From assembly GCA_002269645.1 (NCBI GenBank), contig NIVC01002645.1, forward strand, positions 1 to 24,136: DNA of 24,136 nt, read 5' to 3'. Below, piece after piece: positions 11,601 to 20,257 of the stretch. The DNA comes from Macrostomum lignano (taxonomy: Eukaryota). Position 1 is the stretch's first letter, and each line of letters opens with the position of its first letter. The notes below the pieces were generated by a model that was not told the DNA's origin, ran no database searches, and saw nothing but the letters and a program-made list of their open reading frames with translations. Made by a program: the position numbers and the translations under genes.

Positions 11601-14600
11601 AGCGTCATGTAAACAATCATAGAAGCGTCATGTAAAAATCATAGAAGCGTCATGTAAAAATCATAGAAGTGTCATGTAAAAAATCGTGGAAGCATCATGT
11701 AAAAAGCATAGAAGTGTCATGTAAAAATCATAGAAGCGTCATGTAAACAATCATAGAAGCGTCATGTAAACAATCATAGAAGCGTCATGTAAAAATCATA
11801 AAGCGTCATGTAAAAAATCATAGAAGCGTCATGTAAAAATCATAGAAGCGTCATGTAAACAATCATAGAAGCGTCATGTAAACAATCATAGAAGCGTCAT
11901 GTAAAAATCATAGAAGCGTCATGTAAAAATCATAGAAGCGTCATGTAAAAAATCGTAGAAGCGTCATGTAAAAATCATAGAAGCATCATGTAAAAATCAT
12001 AGAAGCGTCATGTAAAAATCATAGAAGCGTCATGTAAACAATCATAGAAGCGTCATGTAAACAATCATAGAAGCGTCATGTAAACAATCATAGAAGCGTC
12101 ATGTAAAAATCATAGAAGCGTCATGTAAAAATCATAAAGCGTCATGTAAAAATCATAGAAGAGTCATGTAAAAAGCATCGTGTAAACAATCATAGAAGCG
12201 TCATGTAAAAATCGTAAGCGTAATATAAATCATAGAAGCGTCATTAAAAAATCATAGAAGCGTCATATAAAAATCAAAAACGTCATTAAAAATCATAGAA
12301 GCGTCATGTAAACAATCATAGAAGCGTCATGTAAACAATCATAGAAGCGTCATGTAAACAATCATGGAAGCGTCATGTAAGAAATCATAGAAGCGTCATG
12401 TAAAAATCGTAGAAGTGTCATGTAAAAAATCGTGAAGCATCATGTAAAAAGCATAGAAGCGTCATGTAAAAATAATAGAAGCGTCGTGTAAACAATCATA
12501 GAAGCGTCATGTAAACAATCAGAGAAGCGTCATGTAAAAATCATAAAGCGTCATGTAAAAAATCGTAGAAGCGTCATTAAAAATCATAGAAGCGTCATGT
12601 AAACAATCATAGAAGCGTCATGTAAACAATCATAGAAGCGTCATGTAAACAATCATGAAGCGTCATGTAAAAATCATAGAAGCGTCATGTAAAAAATCAT
12701 AGAAGCGTCATGTAAAAAATCGTGAAGCGTCATGTAAAAAGCATAGAAGCGTCATGTAAAAAATCATAGAAGCGTCATGTAAACAATCATAGAAGCGTCA
12801 TGTAAACAATCATAGAAGCGTCATGTAAAAATCATAGAAGCGTCATGTAAAAATCGTAGAAGCGTCATGTAAAAATCATAGAAGCGTCATGTAAAAATCA
12901 TAGAAGCGTCATGTAAAAATCATAGAAGCATCGTGTAAACAATCATAGAAGCGTCATGTAAAAATCGTAGAAGCGTATATAAAAATCATAGAAGCGTCAT
13001 TTAAAAAATCATAGAAGCGTCATATAAAAATCAAAAGCGTCATGTAAAAATCATAGAAGCGTCATGTAAACAATCATAGAAGCGTCATGTAAACAATCAT
13101 AGAAGCGTCATGTAAAAAATCATAGAAGCGTCATGTAAAAATCATAGAAGCGTCATGTAAACAATCATAGAAGCGTCATGTAAAAATCATAGAGCGTCAT
13201 GTAAAAATCATAGAAGCGTCATGTAAAAATCATAGAAGCGTCATGTAAACAATCATAGAAGCGTCATGTAAACAATCATAGAAGCGTCATGTAAACAATC
13301 ATAGAAGCGTCATGTAAAAAATCATAGAAGCGTCATGTAAACAATCATAGAAGCGTCATGTAAACAATCATAGAAGCGTCATGTAAAAATCATAGAAGCG
13401 TCATGTAAAAATCATAGAAGCGTCATGTAAAAATCATAGAAGCGTCATGTAAACAATCATAGAAGCGTCATGTAAACAATCATAGAAGCGTCATGTAAAA
13501 ATCATAGAAGCGTCATGTAAAAATCATAGAAGCGTCATGTAAAAATCATAGAAGCGTCATGTAAAAATCATAGAAGCGTCATGTAAAAATCATAGAAGCG
13601 TCATGTAAAAAATCATAGAAGCGTCATGTAAAAATCATAGAAGCGTCATGTAAACAATCATAGAAGCGTCATGTAAAAAATCATAGAAGCGTCATGTAAA
13701 AAATCATAGAAGCGTCATGTAAACAATCATAGAAGCGTCATGTAAACAATCATAGAAGCGTCATGTAAAAATCATAGAAGCGTCATGTAAAAATCATAGA
13801 AGCGTCATGTAAAAATCATAGAAGCGTCATGTAAAAATCATAGAAGCGTCATGTAAACAATCATAGAAGCGTCATGTAAAAATCGTAGAAGCGTCATGTA
13901 AAAATCATAGAAGCGTCATGTAAACAATCATAGAAGCGTCATGTAAACAATCATAGAAGCGTCATGTAAACAATCATAGAAGCGTCATGTAAACAATCAT
14001 AGAAGCGTCATGTAAACAATCATAGAAGCGTCATGTAAACAATCATAGAAGCGTCATGTAAACAATCATAGAAGCGCCATGTAAACAATCATAGAAGCGC
14101 CATGTAAACAATCATAGAAGCGTCATGTAAACAATCATAGAAGAGTCATGTAAAAATCATAGAAGCGTCATGTAAAAATCATAGAAGCGTCATGTAAACA
14201 ATCATAGAAGCGTCATGTAAACAATCATAGAAGCGTCATGTAAAAAATCATAAAGCGTCATGTAAAAAATCGTAGAAGCGTCATATAAAAATCATAGAAG
14301 CGTCATTAAAAAATCATAGAAGCGTCATGTAAACAATCATAGAAGCGTCATGTAAAAAATCATAGAAGCGTCATGTAAAAATCATAGAAGCGTCATGTAA
14401 AAAATCATAGAAGCGTCATGTAAAAAATCATAGAAGCGTCATGTAAAAAGCATAGAAGCGTCATGTAAAAATCATAGAAGCGTCATGTAAACAATCATAG
14501 AAGCGTCATGTAAACAATCATAGAAGCGTCATGTAAAAATCATAGAAGCGTCATGTAAAAATCATAGAAGCGTCATGTAAAAATCATAGAAGCGTCATGT

Positions 14601-17600
14601 AAACAATCATAGAAGCGTCATGTAAAAATCATAGAAGCGTCATGTAAACAATCATAGAAGCGTCATGTAAAAATCATAGAAGCGTCATGTAAAAATCATA
14701 GAAGCGTCATGTAAAAATCATAGAAGCGTCATGTAAAAATCATAGAAGCGTCATGTAAAAAATCATAGAAGCGTCATGTAAACAATCATAGAAGCGTCAT
14801 GTAAAAATCATAGAAGCGTCATGTAAAAATCATAGAAGCGTCATGTAAAAATCATAGAAGCGTCATGTAAAAATCATAGAAGCGTCATGTAAAAATCATA
14901 GAAGCGTCATGTAAAAATCATAGAAGCGTCATGTAAACAATCATAGAAGCGTCATGTAAAAAATCATAGAAGCGTCATGTAAAAATCATAGAAGCGTCAT
15001 TAAAAATCATAGAAGCGTCATGTAAAAATCATAAAGCGTCATGTAAAAATCATAGAAGCGTCATGTAAACAATCATAGAAGCGTCATGTAAACAATCATA
15101 GAAGCGTCATGTAAACAATCATAGAAGCGTCATGTAAAAATCATAGAAGCGTCATGTAAAAAATCATAGAAGCGTCATGTAAAAATCATAGAAGCGTCAT
15201 GTAAAAATCATAGAAGCGTCATGTAAAAAATCATAGAAGCGTCATGTAAACAATCATAGAAGCGTCATGTAAACAATCATAGAAGCGTCATGTAAAAATC
15301 ATAGAAGCGTCATGTAAAAATCATAGAAGCGTCATGTAAAAATCATAGAAGCGTCATGTAAAAATCATAGAAGCGTCATGTAAAAATCATAGAAGCGTCA
15401 TGTAAACAATCATAGAAGCGTCATGTAAAAATCATAGAAGCGTCATGTAAAAAATCATAGAAGCGTCATGTAAAAAATCATAGAAGCGTCATGTAAAAAT
15501 CATAGAAGCGTCATGTAAAAAATCATAGAAGCGTCATGTAAACAATCATAGAAGCGTCATGTAAACAATCATAGAAGCGTCATGTAAAAATCATAGAAGC
15601 GTCATGTAAAAATCATAGAAGCGTCATGTAAAAATCATAGAAGCGTCATGTAAAAATCATAGAAGCGTCATGTAAAAATCATAGAAGCGTCATGTAAAAA
15701 TCATAGAAGCGTCATGTAAAAAATCATAGAAGCGTCATGTAAAAATCATAGAAGCGTCATGTAAAAATCATAGAAGCGTCATGTAAAAATCATAGAAGCG
15801 TCATGTAAAAATCATAGAAGCGTCATGTAAACAATCATAGAAGCGTCATGTAAACAATCATAGAAGCGTCATGTAAAAATCATAGAAGCGTCATGTAAAA
15901 ATCATAGAAGCGTCATGTAAAAATCATAGAAGCGTCATGTAAAAATCATAGAAGCGTCATGTAAACAATCATAGAAGCGTCATGTAAACAATCATAGAAG
16001 CGTCATGTAAACAATCATAGAAGCGTCATGTAAACAATCATAGAAGCGTCATGTAAACAATCATAGAAGCGTCATGTAAAAATCATAGAAGCGTCATGTA
16101 AAAATCATAGAAGCGTCATGTAAAAATCATAGAAGCGTCATGTAAACAATCATAGAAGCGTCATGTAAAAATCATAGAAGCGTCATGTAAACAATCATAG
16201 AAGCGTCATGTAAAAATCATAGAAGCGTCATGTAAAAATCATAGAAGCGTCATGTAAAAAATCATAGAAGCGTCATGTAAAAATCATAGAAGCGTCATGT
16301 AAAAAATCATAGAAGCGTCATGTAAAAAATCATAGAAGCGTCATGTAAACAATCATAGAAGCGTCATGTAAACAATCATAGAAGCGTCATGTAAAAATCA
16401 TAGAAGCGTCATGTAAACAATCATAGAAGCGTCATGTAAAAATCATAGAAGCGTCATGTAAAAATCATAGAAGCGTCATGTAAAAATCATAGAAGCGTCA
16501 TGTAAACAATCATAGAAGCGTCATGTAAACAATCATAGAAGCGTCATGTAAAAATCATAGAAGCGTCATGTAAAAATCATAGAAGCGTCATGTAAAAATC
16601 ATAGAAGCGTCATGTAAAAATCATAGAAGCGTCATGTAAACAATCATAGAAGCGTCATGTAAAAATCATAGAAGCGTCATGTAAAAATCATAGAAGCGTC
16701 ATGTAAAAATCATAGAAGCGTCATGTAAAAATCATAGAAGCGTCATGTAAAAATCATAGAAGCGTCATGTAAAAATCATAGAAGCGTCATGTAAAAATCA
16801 TAGAAGCGTCATGTAAAAATCATAGAAGCGTCATGTAAAAATCATAGAAGCGTCATGTAAAAATCATAGAAGCGTCATGTAAAAATCATAGAAGCGTCAT
16901 GTAAAAATCATAGAAGCGTCATGTAAAAATCATAGAAGCGTCATGTAAAAAATCATAGAAGCGTCATGTAAAAATCATAGAAGCGTCATGTAAAAATCAT
17001 AGAAGCGTCATGTAAAAATCATAGAAGCGTCATGTAAAAAATCATAGAAGCGTCATGTAAAAATCATAGAAGCGTCATGTAAAAAATCATAGAAGCGTCA
17101 TGTAAAAATCATAGAAGCGTCATGTAAACAATCATAGAAGCGTCATGTAAAAATCATAGAAGCGTCATGTAAAAATCATAGAAGCGTCATGTAAAAATCA
17201 TAGAAGCGTCATGTAAAAATCATAGAAGCGTCATGTAAACAATCATAGAAGCGTCATGTAAACAATCATAGAAGCGTCATGTAAAAATCATAGAAGCGTC
17301 ATGTAAAAATCATAGAAGCGTCATGTAAAAATCATAGAAGCGTCATGTAAACAATCATAGAAGCGTCATGTAAACAATCATAGAAGCGTCATGTAAAAAT
17401 CATAGAAGCGTCATGTAAAAATCATAGAAGCGTCATGTAAAAATCATAGAAGCGTCATGTAAACAATCATAGAAGCGTCATGTAAACAATCATAGAAGCG
17501 TCATGTAAAAATCATAGAAGCGTCATGTAAAAATCATAGAAGCGTCATGTAAAAATCATAGAAGCGTCATGTAAAAATCATAGAAGCGTCATGTAAAAAT

Positions 17601-18530
17601 CATAGAAGCGTCATGTAAAAATCATAGAAGCGTCATGTAAAAATCATAGAAGCGTCATGTAAAAATCATAGAAGCGTCATGTAAAAATCATAGAAGCGTC
17701 ATGTAAAAATCATAGAAGCGTCATGTAAACAATCATAGAAGCGTCATGTAAAAATCATAGAAGCGTCATGTAAACAATCATAGAAGCGTCATGTAAAAAT
17801 CATAGAAGCGTCATGTAAAAATCATAGAAGCGTCATGTAAAAATCATAGAAGCGTCATGTAAAAATCATAGAAGCGTCATGTAAAAATCATAGAAGCGTC
17901 ATGTAAAAAATCATAGAAGCGTCATGTAAAAATCATAGAAGCGTCATGTAAAAATCATAGAAGCGTCATGTAAAAATCATAGAAGCGTCATGTAAAAATC
18001 ATAGAAGCGTCATGTAAAAATCATAGAAGCGTCATGTAAAAATCATAGAAGCGTCATGTAAACAATCATAGAAGCGTCATGTAAACAATCATAGAAGCGT
18101 CATGTAAAAATCATAGAAGCGTCATGTAAAAATCATAGAAGCGTCATGTAAAAATCATAGAAGCGTCATTAAAAATCATAGAAGCGTCATGTAAAAATCA
18201 TAGAAGCGTCATGTAAACAATCATAGAAGCGTCATGTAAAAATCATAGAAGCGTCATGTAAAAATCATAGAAGCGTCATGTAAAAATCATAGAAGCGTCA
18301 TGTAAAAATCATAGAAGCGTCATGTAAAAATCATAGAAGCGTCATGTAAAAATCATCGTCATGCGTCATCTAAAAATCATAGAAGCGTCATGTAAAAATC
18401 ATAGAAGCGTCATGAAAAAATCATAGAAGCGTCATTTAAAAACTAATGAAAGTGTCATTTAAAAAATTAAGAAGCATCATAGTAGAATAAAAGAAGCGTC
18501 ATGTCAGACATGAAAGGTGTCATGTAAAAA
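5655..18530 (+). repeat. SatB 22/23-bp satellite array (TCATAGAAGCGTCATGT + AAAAA/AAAAAA/AAACAA), roughly 570 monomers from length
   Basis: Uninterrupted tandem array; divergent border monomers at ~18355-18530. Confidence 0.98.
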
Positions 18531-18540
18531 TTAAATGCAG

Positions 18541-19510
18541 CTATAATGCTGTGCTGGGGAGAAAAACTGAGACGTCAAGGCTCTCAGAGAATAACTGAGA
18601 TTACGGGGGGGGGGGTTTCTGAGATGTCAAAGCAAAAGTCAGAAGCTAATTCAAAGTTCATGTACTTTACTCAATTTTTTTATTGCATTCTTTGTTGGCT
18701 CGCCACGGGGGCGCTGATAGAAGAGTCATGTAAAAAATAAAAGTAGCACTATGTATACATAAAAGAAAAGTCATGTCGAAGTTAAAAGATTCATTTGGGA
18801 ATTGCTACGATGTCAAAGCTAGGTGGAAATCGTTATAGTGCTGTGATTCTTAAAGAAGGAATCACTAAAATGTCAAGGCTTAGGGGAGAAGAATTGCTGA
18901 GATTTCAAGGCTTTATGTTGGGTTAAAGTTAGGTTTAGGTCAGGTGTGGGTTGAGGGTTATATTTTATCGGTTTCAAGGTTAGCAGGGGATTTTTCAGAT
19001 TTCAAGGTTTATGGGCGCCATCGCTGACATGTTAAGGCTTACGGGGGAATAGCTGAGATGTCAAGGCTCACGGGGGTATAAATGAGATTTCAAGGCTAAA
19101 GTCAGAAGCTACATGTAGTTTATTGAAAACTTTTTATTACATTATTTGATGCCTCCTCAGGGGAGGGATCGCTGATTAAAAAAGCGTAATGTAAAAAATA
19201 AAAGAAGCTTCATGTCGAAGTTAAGATATTCATTTGGGAATCCCTACGATGTCGAGGCTTGCAGGGAATCGCTATAATGCTGTAGTAGTGCTATAATGAC
19301 TCTTAAAGAGAATTACTGAAATTTCAATGCTTTAGGGTTAGGTTAGGGTTAGGGTTAGAAGGTTGACAGATATTTTTAGATTTCCAAGGCTTATTGGGGG
19401 CATGCTGAGATGTCAAGGGGGAAGTTGATATGTTAAAGCTTGTGGGGGGGAATTACTGACATGTCAAGGCTTACAAGGTTTGATAGGAGATTTTTTAAGA
19501 TTTCAAGGAT
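18541..19510 (+). repeat. Degenerate ~29-bp G-run minisatellite (GCTGAGATGTCAAGGCTTACGGGGGAATA-like) organised in ~400-460-bp duplicated blocks
   Basis: Clear adjacent monomers at 19023-19051 and 19052-19080; many GAGAT(G/T)TCAAGG motifs; 18717-18820 homologous to 19173-19260. Confidence 0.75.
19332..19358 (+). repeat. Short telomere-like tract TTAGGG-TTAGG-TTAGGG-TTAGGG-TTAG
   Basis: Read directly; degenerate paralogous tract at ~18913-18960. Confidence 0.7.
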
Positions 19511-19553
19511 ACATGTAGCTTATTAAAAAAACGTGTATTGCATTTCTTTGGCT

Positions 19554-19580
19554 CCCCAACGGGGGCGTAGATTGCTAGTC
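19554..19580 (+). other. Helitron 3' hairpin + CTAG|TC head-to-tail junction E3/E4
   Basis: CCCCAACGGGGGCGTAGATTGCTAG|TC read directly. Confidence 0.85.
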
Positions 19581-19603
19581 CATATACTAAAAATGGTCTG
19601 TCG

Positions 19604-19630
19604 GTATGTGTGTGTGTATGTGTGTGTGTG
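19604..19630 (+). repeat. (GT)n/GTAT microsatellite
   Basis: GTATGTGTGTGTGTATGTGTGTGTGTG, 25 nt inside the 5' end of E4. Confidence 0.9.
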
Positions 19631-20124
19631 ATCGATTTTAGCAAAAACGGCTCAACCGATTTTCTTCGAACTTGCACTGTTCGATCAGAAATTTTCCCGT
19701 GACAGTACATGCATCGTGGCTAAGAAATTGCTTGATGCTAAAGGGATTAAATATTCGAAAAACATGCTTTTTTGCAAAGGTCAAGCAGCTCTTTCGACTT
19801 GAAATGCATTGTAAGAATGCTAGCAGAAAAACTGACTGGTTGAATTCTGATTCTGAAATAGATTGCATCACAATACACTTTATTTATCGTCTGTGTACTG
19901 GCTGAATTTGACACTCAATTGAATTGCGTCACAGCTTTGAGTGTGAAAGCATAGCGCAGTACTGAATTTATATTACGTAACCATATTGTTAGCTTTCATA
20001 GACACTGGTACTGACTTGCCAAGAAATTGATTATGTCATAACTGCTTCGTGAGACTTTTTACTCTACCTGACTTGGTGTGAGTGTTGAATTATATAAGTG
20101 GTACAACATCACTGATAACTTCGA

Positions 20125-20218
20125 TGAGAGCTAGCCTAGAGCTGAACAGACCAGACTGCTAATGCAGCGACCTGGGTTCGAATCTAAGTAGTTTAAAAGT
20201 AGTAGTGTGAAATTTTTT
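20125..20218 (+). promoter_or_regulatory. tRNA-like Pol III internal promoter cassette in E4
   Basis: TAGCCTAGAGC (20132-20142), GACTGCTAAT anticodon-loop-like stretch, GCAGCGACCTGGGTTCGAATC with B box at 20175-20184 (spacing 43 nt), T6 at 20213-20218. Confidence 0.55.
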
Positions 20219-20257
20219 ATTAAAAGGTTTTATTAAAGGACTAAATAAGAACACTTA

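Larger units (their letters stand above)
5044..19578 (+). mobile_element. Non-autonomous Helitron-like element E3 (complete, ~14.5 kb) inflated by SatB array
   Basis: Starts TCCTATATACTAAAAATGAG; 5' module homologous to E2/E4. Ends CCCC-AAC-GGGGG (19554-19565)-CGTAGATTG-CTAG (19575-19578); the terminal 25 nt match E1 at 24/25. Confidence 0.75.
19579..20255 (+). repeat. Conserved 5' module, copy in E4
   Basis: Colinear homology with the E2 and E3 copies; has an extra GT microsatellite. Confidence 0.95.
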
